Positions 20,599 to 31,417 of a stretch of DNA of 64,000 nucleotides are shown one piece after another (positions within the stretch are counted from its first letter, which is position 1; each line of letters opens with the position of its first letter). The stretch spans positions 58,062 through 122,061 of IMG/VR virus record IMGVR_UViG_2974645756_000001. One strand, given 5' to 3'. The notes below the pieces were generated by a model, which searched no databases, had not been told where the DNA came from, and saw only the letters and a list, made by a program, of their open reading frames with translations. The position numbers and the translations under genes were made by a program. The stretch is from a virus.

Positions 20599-20626
20599 AA
20601 AATTGCACCCATGGGTGCAATTTTTT
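20597..20626. terminator. 30-bp perfect palindrome/terminator preceding an early promoter
   Basis: AAAAAATTGCACCCATGGGTGCAATTTTTT; TATATTTG follows within about 30 nt. Confidence 0.75.
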
Positions 20627-20819
20627 TTGTTTATCTGAAATACTTTCATTATATTTGTCATATAAATAAAAGATATGGTAACAATTTATAACGTAGAAGT
20701 AGTTTCTGATTGGGTAAATAACCCAATAGAGGTTATGCAAAAATTCTTGATAACGCAATCAAGGAAGTAAATAAAAAAAGTAACAATACAATTAGATTAA
20801 CCGTAAAAGATATAAAGTA

Positions 20820-21304
20820 ATGAGTGTAGATACAAACTTATATGTAAGAGTAACCGAAGAATCAAAACTAAAGGTATTACAAACAGTTAATAAAGCCGTT
20901 AAGGATGGTATTTAGCTGGAAAGCGTAAAGCACATAAAGAATCTAAATATAGCGACAAATCAATGTTATGTTGGATGTTCCGTGATGAAGTAAAACCACT
21001 ATGGAAAGGTGTGGAAACATACACATATAACTTTGAAACATTCACCATCAACTATAAATTTAATGGCGAACATAGGTCTATATTTTTATGTTTTTCACAT
21101 TCATATAAAGATGAAATTGGTGATTTTGAAAAGTTATATGTTAGTTTGGGTATGTCAGGTAATACAAGACTTCCAGTATTTGGTGCAATTATTGAGGCAC
21201 TAAGAGAAGCTAAATACGAACAATGGTTCATCAATAATGATTGTGATGATAACACACCACCACATTTCGTAGATGATAACTTTAAAATTTCTGATTATGA
21301 ATAG
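20820..21304 (+). CDS. hypothetical protein (one 1-nt indel)
   Basis: ATG 20820 joins ORF 20963..21304 with one added base. Confidence 0.45.
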
Positions 21305-21665
21305 ATGGTTCAAAGACTTCCAAACAAATAATACATTTGATAAAATATTCACATGGGTTGTTGTATTAATAATAATGGTTGTTGGTTTAGTTGTAATTAC
21401 ATTCTTTAAAAAGGATGATTTATACTACGAGAACACTTTTATATTTGAAATACAATATACTGATGGTATGGTAGGTACTGATACAATAAAAACGGTAACA
21501 GTATATAGGAATGGAATGCACCACTTTTATAATGGATGTCTATATGTAGAGGAATCATATGCAGGTGGTCAAGGGAATAAACCAACATCTAAAATATGTG
21601 GTGTTAGGCGATATAAATTAGTTAGACGAAATTCAAAAATAATACAAAATGTTACAAAAGATTAA
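21297..21665 (+). CDS. single-pass membrane protein
   Basis: hydrophobic IFTWVVVLIIMVVGLVVITFF. Confidence 0.6.
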   Translation: MNRWFKDFQTNNTFDKIFTWVVVLIIMVVGLVVITFFKKDDLYYENTFIFEIQYTDGMVGTDTIKTVTVYRNGMHHFYNGCLYVEESYAGGQGNKPTSKICGVRRYKLVRRNSKIIQNVTKD

Positions 21666-22089
21666 AAAGTTCTTTAGGCAGTTATTTATGACTGATATTG
21701 AGCGAATGTTTGATGACCGTAGATATGTTGTTAAACTTGTGAGCAAGTTAATTAAGGATAAATTCATTATTTTAGGCACACTATATAAGATGGATGATAA
21801 CTTTAATTTAACAATTGATAATTTATTACTTGATGAAATTAGGGTTACTTTTATTAACAAAGATGGTGTTGAAATTACATTAAGATGGTACTATAATTCA
21901 TTTGGATTTGTTGGATACTTCTTTGAGCAACCAAAATCACATGAAGTACTAAGACAAATTGATAATATGGAAACATTGAGGTTCTTGGTTGATTCATTAT
22001 ATAACACCGTTACAAAACATACGGAAGAGTATCTAAAAAAGGAAGTTGGTAATTGGGCAAAGTCAGGGTTATTAAGTAATAAAATATAG
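21649..22089 (+). CDS. hypothetical protein
   Basis: 146-aa ORF ending before the GGCGCAC-TTC-GTGCGCC hairpin (22094..22110). Confidence 0.6.
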   Translation: MLQKIKKFFRQLFMTDIERMFDDRRYVVKLVSKLIKDKFIILGTLYKMDDNFNLTIDNLLLDEIRVTFINKDGVEITLRWYYNSFGFVGYFFEQPKSHEVLRQIDNMETLRFLVDSLYNTVTKHTEEYLKKEVGNWAKSGLLSNKI

Positions 22090-22113
22090 TTATGGCGCAC
22101 TTCGTGCGCCTCT

Positions 22114-22127
22114 ATACATATACAAAG
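22114..22127 (+). promoter_or_regulatory. class III (putative late) promoter motif ATACATATACAAAG
   Basis: ATAYAYANAYAAAG consensus, 21 nt before ATG 22149. Confidence 0.45.
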
Positions 22128-22148
22128 ACATTTAATGCACTATAGACA

Positions 22149-23642
22149 ATGATAAGACTTTCACAAGTAACGGCATTTGAGATAAATAATTCGGAGGATT
22201 TCGCAAGGGATTTAGATTCTCAACCAAAGTTATATTTATATGAACAGAATGTAAATACTGGTAGGGTTGATAAATTATTCATACAAGATGATTCCAGTAC
22301 AACATCAACTAAAAGAAAATATTCATATGCACCATTTTGGCGTAATACTTTATTAGGAACAACAAATTTCTTTCCTGAGCAAAGTACAATGAATGTAACA
22401 AATTATCACACCAATGCATTATTACAAACAGTATTGGGTAAGGCTACATTACCAAACATGGAATATAAAGTATGTTATTTATATTTCAGTAGAGGTTTTT
22501 TAGCGGATGCATCAATAATTGGTAATGCTATTAGGTTGTTTGTTAGATTATCTAACGGTACTGAGGTTACTTTAGCATCTATTGCTGATTTTAAAAATGA
22601 TAGTTTAGTATCGGCAGTTCCGAATAAATTATTTGAGAATCAGATATTCGCTGAGGCATTAAAATTTGAGATACCTGATGTTGATTTTATTCTTAATTCA
22701 AACAACGTTGATATTGTTGCATTAAGGACACGTTTGTTTGGTACTGAACGACCATCAAAAATACACATTGAATATTCTGCATTTACTAACGACACACAGG
22801 ATGTTTATATTGATAATTCAAAGAACTTTACAAGGTTAAACTTTTCTGCTATAAATCAACAGACCATTGATATAGGATTATCTAATGAGGCATTATTCGC
22901 AAAGGTTGAGTATGGTACTGATAATTCGTTTTTACAATCATCAATAGCACATCAAAAGTATTTGGTAGAACTATATTTAAATACGTTAAAGGAAAGTGGT
23001 GCATCATATAAGGTTGAACATGTATATAGTATTAATGTTTATAATAGTTCAAATGCTGTAATCGAAACTAAGCAGGTTGTTTTACGTGACCCAGTTAATA
23101 AGTTTAATACTGTTCAATATAGACCAGTTGTTAGTCCAACGGCTGACCACATGAATGTTGAATTAACGGTTAGGATAGAGAATGAACAAACAGGTGTTGT
23201 TATTAGAAGAAGTACATCAATGGTTGTAACATCTTCTAATATTTCAAAATTCAAAACGGCATCAACATTTACGTTAAGTAATTTGAGTGTTGATAGTGTA
23301 ACCAACAAAACGACAAAAGAGGTTAAACAAATTGTTCAGAGTTCGGAAGTTCCTAATTTCGTACAATTAACAAAGAATGTATATGTACAGGTTCAAAGTA
23401 CATCTGACAATCTTAATTTATTGAATGCTGAATTTACTGCTAAAATTAATGTTACGTTAAATGTTACAGCACAGTCAAGAACATTCTTAAAGATTGATAA
23501 CTTGGTTATTCAGAATGAGGGTTCTGATTTAACTACTTATAAAATACCAGCAATAGCATATCAAACTAAATCAACATCATATTTGATATTGGATGCTAAC
23601 GGAAATGTAATAACACAAGGAAAATTAACAAAAACAATTTAA
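22149..23642 (+). CDS. hypothetical protein, possibly virion structural
   Basis: 497 aa, rich in S/T/N/V; preceded by a class III motif. Confidence 0.5.
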   Translation: MIRLSQVTAFEINNSEDFARDLDSQPKLYLYEQNVNTGRVDKLFIQDDSSTTSTKRKYSYAPFWRNTLLGTTNFFPEQSTMNVTNYHTNALLQTVLGKATLPNMEYKVCYLYFSRGFLADASIIGNAIRLFVRLSNGTEVTLASIADFKNDSLVSAVPNKLFENQIFAEALKFEIPDVDFILNSNNVDIVALRTRLFGTERPSKIHIEYSAFTNDTQDVYIDNSKNFTRLNFSAINQQTIDIGLSNEALFAKVEYGTDNSFLQSSIAHQKYLVELYLNTLKESGASYKVEHVYSINVYNSSNAVIETKQVVLRDPVNKFNTVQYRPVVSPTADHMNVELTVRIENEQTGVVIRRSTSMVVTSSNISKFKTASTFTLSNLSVDSVTNKTTKEVKQIVQSSEVPNFVQLTKNVYVQVQSTSDNLNLLNAEFTAKINVTLNVTAQSRTFLKIDNLVIQNEGSDLTTYKIPAIAYQTKSTSYLILDANGNVITQGKLTKTI

Positions 23643-23646
23643 AGAT

Positions 23647-24048
23647 ATGAAACCATTATACGAATCAATAACAGAAATTTTTTCAATCAATAATGATTTA
23701 TTATTGATTGAGTGCGCATTATCTTCTGTATCATCTACTACACAAGTAAATGAAAGTTATAATGTTGAACTAACTGTTGAGCAAATTGTGGAAATTCTTG
23801 AAAGTGCTGAACCAACATTGGTTTATGAGAATATTAAAGCACGTGCTCCAAAATTAAAAGGCAAGGCTGAAAAGGCTAGAAAAAATAAGGCAAAATTAAT
23901 GTCTGCTGTTATGAAGAACAAAGAGGTTCAAAATGCAGTAACAAAATTAAGAACATTAATTGGTAGAGTTGCAAAGAGTATGAGTTCTGAAACAGGTGTT
24001 TCAGCAAAACAAGTAACCAAGGCATTAGACTCAAAATTAAAAATTTAG
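23647..24048 (+). CDS. possible head-internal protein
   Basis: acidic N-half with LYE/VNE/VYE sites, then a Lys-rich C-half. Confidence 0.45.
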   Translation: MKPLYESITEIFSINNDLLLIECALSSVSSTTQVNESYNVELTVEQIVEILESAEPTLVYENIKARAPKLKGKAEKARKNKAKLMSAVMKNKEVQNAVTKLRTLIGRVAKSMSSETGVSAKQVTKALDSKLKI

Positions 24049-24053
24049 TAACA

Positions 24054-24096
24054 CATTGTTATATACAAAGGCAATCGGAATATTCCGATTGCCTTT
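24054..24096 (+). promoter_or_regulatory. class II motif CATTGTTATATAC followed by a 30-bp perfect palindrome
   Basis: motif 24054..24066; AAAGGCAATCGGAATATTCCGATTGCCTTT at 24067..24096. Confidence 0.5.
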
Positions 24097-24112
24097 TAAT
24101 TATTTATATAGT

Positions 24113-25164
24113 ATGAAGAAACGTTTATTAGTTAGTTTTAGTGGTGGTGAAACATCAGCACATATGGCACAATGGCTAAAGAAAATAAATCAGATGAATA
24201 TGAAATGGTTTTTGTTTTTGCTAACACAGGTCAAGAAAATGAAGAAACACTAGAATTTGTTAATAAATGTGATGAAGAGTATAATTTAAATGTTGTTTGG
24301 ATTGAGGCAAAGACAATATGGGGTGTTCGTGCATATGGAAAGAAATACTACTTTAATGAATTAATGGATTATGAAAGATTCTTGAATAATTTTTATATCC
24401 ATGAATTTGATTCTGTTGAGTTCTATAAGAATAAAATTTGTAAGGAAACCAAACAAAAGATTCCACAATATAGGAAATGTATTGAAGCAATACGAGCAGG
24501 AACAAGACATACCGTAGTTGATTATAAAACAGCAGATAGGGGTGGTGGTGTTTTTGAAAGAATGATACAAAAATACATGATTCCTAATAAACAAAATATG
24601 ATTTGTACTAGGGAATTAAAAGAACGTCCTATACGTTCATATGCTAGGTCAATTGGATGGTTAAATGGAACTTATGAAACTGCAATAGGTATAAGAGTTG
24701 ATGAAATAGATAGGATTAGTTCAGAAAGATTAAAGAATAAACTTATATATCCATTGGTTAACATGAAACCAATGACAAAGAAAAATGTAAATTATTTTTG
24801 GTCATTACAGAATTTTAGATTAAATTTGAAAGGTTACCAAGGGAACTGTAAAACCTGTTGGAAGAAGTCTTTTAGAAAGTTAGGAACAATAGCTAAAGAG
24901 ACACCAAAATTTTATGATTTCTTTGGTGAAATGGAACGGAAATATGGACACTTTGTATCTGAGGGTAGAAAGAGTGCAAAAACATTAGAAGTTCCTTTAA
25001 GATTCTTTAGAAGTGGTTATACAGTAGATATGGTTCTTGATATACCTAATGACACAAACTTCAAAGATGCATTTGATGATAGTGTAGAATATGATGAAAC
25101 GCTAACGGATGGTACTTTACTTGATATAAGTAATGGTTGTTCCGAAAGTTGTGAAGTCTTTTAA
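24113..25164 (+). CDS. PAPS-reductase-family (PP-loop) protein (one 1-nt indel near 24180)
   Basis: VSFSGGETS PP-loop, FANTGQE, CTRELK, GIRVDE, YPL, GNCKTC, GCSESC. Confidence 0.82.
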
Positions 25165-25175
25165 ATAAATAATAT

Positions 25176-25553
25176 ATGTTAAAAAGCAAAAACGAAAACG
25201 AAAATGTTGTTGAGGTAACAACATTTTATGCAAATATATATGTTGGTTTGCGTGAACAATATACAGAAAATATATACAATATAAATGATGTTAATAATGT
25301 TGTTGATTTTTATATTAAAGCAATTGGTGGTGATTGTGTAACAATCACACCAACACAATATAGGTATTTAGATGGGTTTGATGATGGTGTTATTGTTGGA
25401 TTTATTAACTATCCAAGATTTGAAAGGTCGAATGAAGAAATAACACAAAGAGCATTAAAACTTGGTGAATTACTTATGAAAACATTAAAGCAAAATAGAG
25501 TAAGTGTAGTAACACCGACAAAAACATTTATGTTAACCAACAAAGAATTATAA
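25176..25553 (+). CDS. hypothetical protein
   Basis: 125-aa ORF; GFINYPRF motif recalled from phage hypothetical proteins. Confidence 0.6.
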   Translation: MLKSKNENENVVEVTTFYANIYVGLREQYTENIYNINDVNNVVDFYIKAIGGDCVTITPTQYRYLDGFDDGVIVGFINYPRFERSNEEITQRALKLGELLMKTLKQNRVSVVTPTKTFMLTNKEL

Positions 25554-25556
25554 AAC

Positions 25557-25772
25557 ATGGCAATACATTTAATAGAAGAACCAGCAGAATTACATGAACA
25601 ATTTCGTGTTTATGAGAAGTGTTTCTTTGGTTGTGGAAACTCAACCAAATATTGGCATGCTGGAACAAATCAACCTGTATGTAAATCGTGTGCAAAGGTT
25701 AGGAAAACATCTGAGTTACCTAAATGTACACCTGATTACAAACCTAAGACAAAAAAAGAGTATACAAAATGA
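25557..25772 (+). CDS. small putative zinc-finger protein
   Basis: CFFGC ... CKSC. Confidence 0.55.
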   Translation: MAIHLIEEPAELHEQFRVYEKCFFGCGNSTKYWHAGTNQPVCKSCAKVRKTSELPKCTPDYKPKTKKEYTK

Positions 25773-26059
25773 TAACACTAGTAGTAAACAATAAAAAACG
25801 AATCATACGTGATAAGTTATATCATATCACACCGAGAATGATTTACATTGCACGTATAAGAACTATAACATAGAAATAAATGCACAAGAAACTGGTGGTT
25901 ATTATATTCGTGTTGTTGATTTGGGTGCAGAACACTTTGCAACAGTTGTAGATGGTTATTTTAACGACTTTAATTCAACAAGGGATAATAAGTATCAGAC
26001 AATAGAAGATTGTCTACGAGAAGCGATAGAAAACATAGAAATTAAATAAACATAATAAG

Positions 26060-26380
26060 ATGAGTGAAGAATTTTTAAGTGCATTAAAACATGTATCAAA
26101 AACAGTAAGACCACGTACTAAAACATCAGTAGTTTTAAAGATGGTTGAAGAAGTTGGTGAATTAAGTACAGAAGTTGCAATTAGTGATGGATTATCATAT
26201 AAAGAACGTGGTAAAGATGGTGTAGTTGGTGAAGCTGTTGATGTTATTTTATGTGCAATGGATTTGATTGTTATGGAACAGCCTAACATAACACAAGACG
26301 AATTAATGGAAGTAATGTACAGAAAGGCTAATAAATGGCAAAGGTCGTGTACAGATAACCACAAAATTGATAAAAACTAA
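26060..26380 (+). CDS. MazG-like nucleotide pyrophosphohydrolase
   Basis: KMVEEVGEL ... GEAVDVIL (EExxE...ExxD). Confidence 0.82.
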   Translation: MSEEFLSALKHVSKTVRPRTKTSVVLKMVEEVGELSTEVAISDGLSYKERGKDGVVGEAVDVILCAMDLIVMEQPNITQDELMEVMYRKANKWQRSCTDNHKIDKN

Positions 26381-26384
26381 TATT

Positions 26385-27001
26385 ATGGAATATATAAAAA
26401 TAACTCAATTTAATGAGTGTGATTTATTCACTACAAAAGGTGATTCAATAAAAATTGAATCACATATAACACGAAACCAATTAAAAGAGTTATCAATTAT
26501 CGGAATTGAGTATCCTAAACAAACAATATATAATTCTATTCAGAATGAATCTTTTTTAGTAAGTATAAAGGAATTATTAGAAAACGCCATTGTTAGTGAT
26601 GAATTTCAATGGACTAAGGATTTAAATGGATTGAAGATATTAACCATGTTTGGTATTGATAATAATAGGAAAAATGTTATTGCTAGTAGTGGTTTTGGTT
26701 GCTGGATTAGTGAGTTCTTAGATAAAAATCCACAATCTACGATTAGGTTAACAAATGATTTTAAAAAATCTACAAAATTAGAATTTCAGCCACTATATAA
26801 GTTTGGTGTTTTAGAGTGGGGTGATAGAAAAATAAACATTTATATTAATGCATATATGAAATTTAATGATAATGAGTTATATTTCACCGACAAAATAAAT
26901 GTTTCTGAAGTTGTGGATTGTTGGTTGATGATGATTCAAAAAACAATAGCAAGATTATAAAAACTACTGGAAGATTTATTTCTAGACCAAAAGGTGATAT
27001 A
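26385..27001 (+). CDS. hypothetical protein (1-nt indel near 26925); weak resemblance to the C-terminal part of a major capsid protein
   Basis: YKFGVL..RKINIYINAY resembles the gp23-type KVGTL.GR.KVYIDPY. Confidence 0.45.
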
Positions 27002-27047
27002 ATTCAGGTTGATTGTGCGGAATAGATAACACATACATACTAGACTA

Positions 27048-27081
27048 AAAGTGCGGATTTATCCGCACTTTGTTTTATTAC
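27048..27081 (+). promoter_or_regulatory. terminator hairpin overlapping a near-consensus class II motif
   Basis: AAAGTGCGGAT-TT-ATCCGCACTTT, then CTTTGTTTTATTAC 19 nt before ATG 27101. Confidence 0.55.
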
Positions 27082-27100
27082 ACAAAATTAAAAACAGGAT

Positions 27101-30100
27101 ATGAGCGAAGACCGCAAAATACTTTTACCATCGGCATTATCTACATACGAAAAAGAGCAACAACAGCAGTTAAATTTTGAGGATTTAGCACGTACTGATA
27201 TGCACTTTAGATTGCGAACAGGTGCTGATATTCTTATTGAGGAAAACGGCATACACATACAAAATCCATTTAAGTTTTCACACACGGATATTTATAAATG
27301 GTCAGAGTCTCAGAATGAAAATATTGATGTTGTATTACAAAATTACAGTTCATATTTCGAAAAGGTAAAGGCTAGATATGATGTTGAAAAACGTCTTACT
27401 TATAGACCATATATCACTACAGATGGGTTTACAAATAATTTAGATGTTAGTGGATTAACACAAGGTCAGAAAATAGATAAGATTTATCAATTCAATAAGG
27501 ATAGAATTGATTTACTTAGAAAGACTGATGATAGTTTGGATGCACAAGCAGAAATTGACCACCGTAGAAACAATATTTTCGAACTTCTATACCATAAACA
27601 CGGAAAGGATTTAGATAACTTGTTATTGAAGTTATATGGTGATGATTTAGCAATTAGTAATCGTGTTACCATTCTACAGAATTATCGTGAGCGTGATGCT
27701 AAACCAAATCCAAAGAACCCTAGTGAGATTTTACCAGCTAACTATTCACATGCACAAAGAACATACACCATTGGTGAAATGATTGAAATATTACAATCAC
27801 CAAAGTTAAATGAGCTTGATAAATCGGATAGGTTATTAGTTATACCTAACATAACAGGTAATCGTGTGGTTGGTGATATTGCATATGTTAATTGGAGTGG
27901 TATGCAGGTGTTTGATATTGACTTGAAATTTTCACCAACATTTATAGCAAATGGTTCTAGTGCTGGTGAAATTCGTGATATATTATTCGAGAAGTTAAAA
28001 CACTATCCATGGTTTATGGGTATTACATTATCTTCGAGTGGTCGTGCATTGCACTTATATACCAAAGTATCAAAACCACATAACATATTTAAAACACCTG
28101 AGCATAATATTGATATTTCTAAGTATTGGTACAGAATGTCATATGTACAGAAGTATTGTGCAATATGTTACGTTTTATTTCATCATTGTGATATTGATGT
28201 TTATGATGAGAATGAGCGTAAAGAAAAGGTGGTTGATACGGCAATGGCAAGGGTTCAACAAGGTATTGCAATGAACCATGACCCTAATGGAAAATGGAAC
28301 AATAATTTTATTGATTTACCACCTCAATTATTTTACCACTTACCACCTGAACAGGGTTTGAAAGATTCTGATTGGTTGGATTTACCACACGTAACAAATG
28401 CATTTAAGAATTGGTTTTATGATAATGCTGTTAATGATGAGGAAAATGAGGAAGTAACTCAGAGGGTTGGTAGTATGAAAATTATTGCTGATGATTCATA
28501 TAAATTGGGTGATATTTCACAAATTGATATGGATTCTTTGGGCAAGGGTGAGAAGTATAGTACTCGTTGGCGTGTATGTAACACTCTTATTGCATCATAT
28601 GGAGATACACCACAAGCAAAGGAATTAGCATATCATATTTTACAGGTTGGTAAAAGTTCATCTGAGTCTCAGGTTGATGCCTTTTTACGTTCTGCTGTAA
28701 TGAACCGAAAGGAAGCTGATGTTTATATGATTAAACAACTTAGAAAGTTAGGTTTACAGATTGCATTAGATGAGGAAACAACACAACAATTATCTGATGA
28801 TAATATGGAACGTGTTCGATTTATGGTTGAGAAGTCAAACTATGCATTTAGGCAACACATGCCTAATCATTTAGTTAATTTGGCTGATGGTGAGTATTTG
28901 GGTATGCGAATGAATCAGATTGTTAATTCATTCGACCAATTTAAAGTTAATGTAATTGAATCTGCACCGAATACTGGAAAGACTGAATTTTTCAAAGCAC
29001 TTGCACGTAAGAAAGCTGTTTGTTTAGTTATTCCATTTACGTCTGTAATTGAATCTAAGGTTATTTCTGATGAGTCAATTTGTGAATTGTTTGATGCTTA
29101 TTATGGTGATATTTCGGTATATGATATTAAGAAAGGGCGTAGTGCGGTAATGACGATTGATAAGTTTAGTAAGCTACCTAAGAGTAAGTATAAAATGTTT
29201 GATTACATTGCAATTGATGAATCACATTTATTATTTACATCCACATATAGACTTCCAGTAGTATCAATGACAGTTGAGAATATTAGAACCAACTTACTAA
29301 AGGATGTTTCAATGGTTAAGAACTCAATGTCAAGTGTTATGAGTGTTCAGAGTTTGTTGAATTTTGTTGAGCAAGAGGAAACAACAATTGAACTACCTAA
29401 GATAATTTTAATGACAGGTACTATTACTGCTGAGTTGGATTATTTTAAACACTATGATATACTTAACTATATTAAGGTACAAAAGAAACACCCACACCAT
29501 AAGAAAGCTGAATTTGTTTTATCTAAATCAGCACAAACTAGGGATTTATTAATTTTTAAGGAAATTTCTGAGGTTCTTGGTAGAGGTGGTAAAGTAATAC
29601 ATCCAACAAATAATGGTGATGGTTATGCAAATAAAGTTGTTGAATGTGTACAACACATACTAGGTAGAAAAGTTAAGTGGGAATATTATAAACGTGCAAA
29701 TACTGATGAAACATTTTTAGAGCGTATTAACACAGATACCACAGTAGATGATTTAGAACTATTATTTTGTTCTGATTATTTATCGGTTGGTATTGATATT
29801 AAAGATGTAGATGATTTTGAGTTTATATACTCTTCTGATTTTACTGCTGAAAGTATTGAGCAGTTTAATAATAGACTACGTTCAACTAATATTAACAGTA
29901 AGATATTCTTTGATGTATTAGATGCTGATGGTCAACAAAAGCCTAATATTATGAACCTACAGCAAATTGAATATAAGGCGAATGCTGAATTTCAGAATAT
30001 GATATCTGATGAGGAAACAATTGCCAAGATTCAACAACATGTTGGTGCTAAGTCACAATACTATGCAGTAATTGGCGAAATGTTCTCAAAGTATTTTGTT

Positions 30101-31111
30101 CAGGATATGTTTGGTAATATTAAATATGTTAAATCAGCATTCGAGATTGAACAATTTGAAAACGCATACAAGAACATTGCTAGGTCATTACTTTACATAA
30201 AGACTAGTATGGAATTGAAATATCAATATGAAGTAAGTGTATCATTCAAAGAAGAACTTTCCGAAAACGAAATTGAGAAGTTTAAAGAAATACAAAAGGT
30301 AGCTAAATCTGAATATGATTTACAGAAATCTAATAGTATGTTACAGATTATTGACTTTGTTTCATCTGATTCTGTTTATGATGTAATTTCAAAAAGGGAT
30401 TATAAATTATTAAAGATAAATGATGAACTTGAAGAAGATGAAATAGGTTTACATTTGGGGTATAATTCTGATGAGGATTCATTTACAATATCATATAACA
30501 GAAAACATAAAGTTATGTTAGAAGAAAGTATGAAGATTGCGAGTAAGTTAAGGAAATTGTATTCACATAACACAGTAAAAGCAATTTTGGTTAGTTGTAC
30601 ATCACAGACTAGTGGCATTATTAGACGAATTGATGTATACCGATATATGGATTTAATGAAGTTAATGTTTGTTGATAAAAAGCAAACGCTATCAATGAAT
30701 ACTGCTGAGTTATTATCAACTGCATACACATTTATATTTCCTAGTGAGGGTAAACAAAAAATTGAACGTTGGGAATATGAAGAAATGAAAATGCAAATGA
30801 AACATAAAATTGATGAAAGTGTTTTTAATATTGCTGAGACTGAATTTAAATCAACTAGACGAAAGGAAAATGTTGATGGATTAATTAATAAGTTTGTTGA
30901 TACATTATTCATTAAAAGAGTTGGTAGAGAAAATGTTAATATTGAATTTAGAAAGATATTTCCATTTGATTCAGAAACAATAAATGAGCGTGTAAAACAG
31001 GACACAATATTCAATCAATTATTAAAAGATGATTATACTGAAATTGACCCTAATGAGGTGCATGATGTTTCATCAAATCACATAAATGATGATATACAAT
31101 TTATGGTTTAA
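27101..31111 (+). CDS. AEP primase-polymerase (VirE-N/BT4734-like) fused to an SF2 helicase of origin-binding-protein type
   Basis: FDID, SSSGRALH and DTAM..DP primase motifs; PriCT-like helical segment; helicase SAPNTGKT, DESH, MTGT, SVGIDI, EQFNNRLR. Confidence 0.78.
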   Translation: MSEDRKILLPSALSTYEKEQQQQLNFEDLARTDMHFRLRTGADILIEENGIHIQNPFKFSHTDIYKWSESQNENIDVVLQNYSSYFEKVKARYDVEKRLTYRPYITTDGFTNNLDVSGLTQGQKIDKIYQFNKDRIDLLRKTDDSLDAQAEIDHRRNNIFELLYHKHGKDLDNLLLKLYGDDLAISNRVTILQNYRERDAKPNPKNPSEILPANYSHAQRTYTIGEMIEILQSPKLNELDKSDRLLVIPNITGNRVVGDIAYVNWSGMQVFDIDLKFSPTFIANGSSAGEIRDILFEKLKHYPWFMGITLSSSGRALHLYTKVSKPHNIFKTPEHNIDISKYWYRMSYVQKYCAICYVLFHHCDIDVYDENERKEKVVDTAMARVQQGIAMNHDPNGKWNNNFIDLPPQLFYHLPPEQGLKDSDWLDLPHVTNAFKNWFYDNAVNDEENEEVTQRVGSMKIIADDSYKLGDISQIDMDSLGKGEKYSTRWRVCNTLIASYGDTPQAKELAYHILQVGKSSSESQVDAFLRSAVMNRKEADVYMIKQLRKLGLQIALDEETTQQLSDDNMERVRFMVEKSNYAFRQHMPNHLVNLADGEYLGMRMNQIVNSFDQFKVNVIESAPNTGKTEFFKALARKKAVCLVIPFTSVIESKVISDESICELFDAYYGDISVYDIKKGRSAVMTIDKFSKLPKSKYKMFDYIAIDESHLLFTSTYRLPVVSMTVENIRTNLLKDVSMVKNSMSSVMSVQSLLNFVEQEETTIELPKIILMTGTITAELDYFKHYDILNYIKVQKKHPHHKKAEFVLSKSAQTRDLLIFKEISEVLGRGGKVIHPTNNGDGYANKVVECVQHILGRKVKWEYYKRANTDETFLERINTDTTVDDLELLFCSDYLSVGIDIKDVDDFEFIYSSDFTAESIEQFNNRLRSTNINSKIFFDVLDADGQQKPNIMNLQQIEYKANAEFQNMISDEETIAKIQQHVGAKSQYYAVIGEMFSKYFVQDMFGNIKYVKSAFEIEQFENAYKNIARSLLYIKTSMELKYQYEVSVSFKEELSENEIEKFKEIQKVAKSEYDLQKSNSMLQIIDFVSSDSVYDVISKRDYKLLKINDELEEDEIGLHLGYNSDEDSFTISYNRKHKVMLEESMKIASKLRKLYSHNTVKAILVSCTSQTSGIIRRIDVYRYMDLMKLMFVDKKQTLSMNTAELLSTAYTFIFPSEGKQKIERWEYEEMKMQMKHKIDESVFNIAETEFKSTRRKENVDGLINKFVDTLFIKRVGRENVNIEFRKIFPFDSETINERVKQDTIFNQLLKDDYTEIDPNEVHDVSSNHINDDIQFMV

Positions 31112-31124
31112 TATACATATAAAG
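31111..31124 (+). promoter_or_regulatory. class III (putative late) promoter motif ATATACATATAAAG
   Basis: consensus match, 19 nt before ATG 31144. Confidence 0.4.
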
Positions 31125-31143
31125 AACCTAAACTTATACAGTT

Positions 31144-31341
31144 ATGACTAAAATTAGGATATTTTTAGTTGTATTATTATCAACCTTTTTATTCGCTTCG
31201 GTAATACCTAAGCAAGATGGCAAAGTTATCCAAACTATAGGAGGCGTTGAGTTCACTAAATGTGACTTGGAACGCATTGCAACAAAAGTAACTACTGCAT
31301 CTATATACTACCACAACGACATAAATAGGGTTAAGAAATAA
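31144..31341 (+). CDS. small protein with a signal peptide/TM helix
   Basis: MTKIRIFLVVLLSTFLFAS; stand-alone unit between a class III motif and a palindrome. Confidence 0.55.
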   Translation: MTKIRIFLVVLLSTFLFASVIPKQDGKVIQTIGGVEFTKCDLERIATKVTTASIYYHNDINRVKK

Positions 31342-31344
31342 TAC

Positions 31345-31372
31345 AAAGAGTGGCGCAATTGCGCCACTCTTT
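31345..31372. terminator. 28-bp perfect palindrome/terminator
   Basis: AAAGAGTGGCGCAATTGCGCCACTCTTT. Confidence 0.75.
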
Positions 31373-31387
31373 CCGTTTCATACAATA

Positions 31388-31400
31388 CATTGTTTTATAC
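31388..31400 (+). promoter_or_regulatory. class II motif CATTGTTTTATAC
   Basis: 17 nt before ATG 31418. Confidence 0.55.
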
Positions 31401-31417
31401 AAAAAATTATTAACTGA

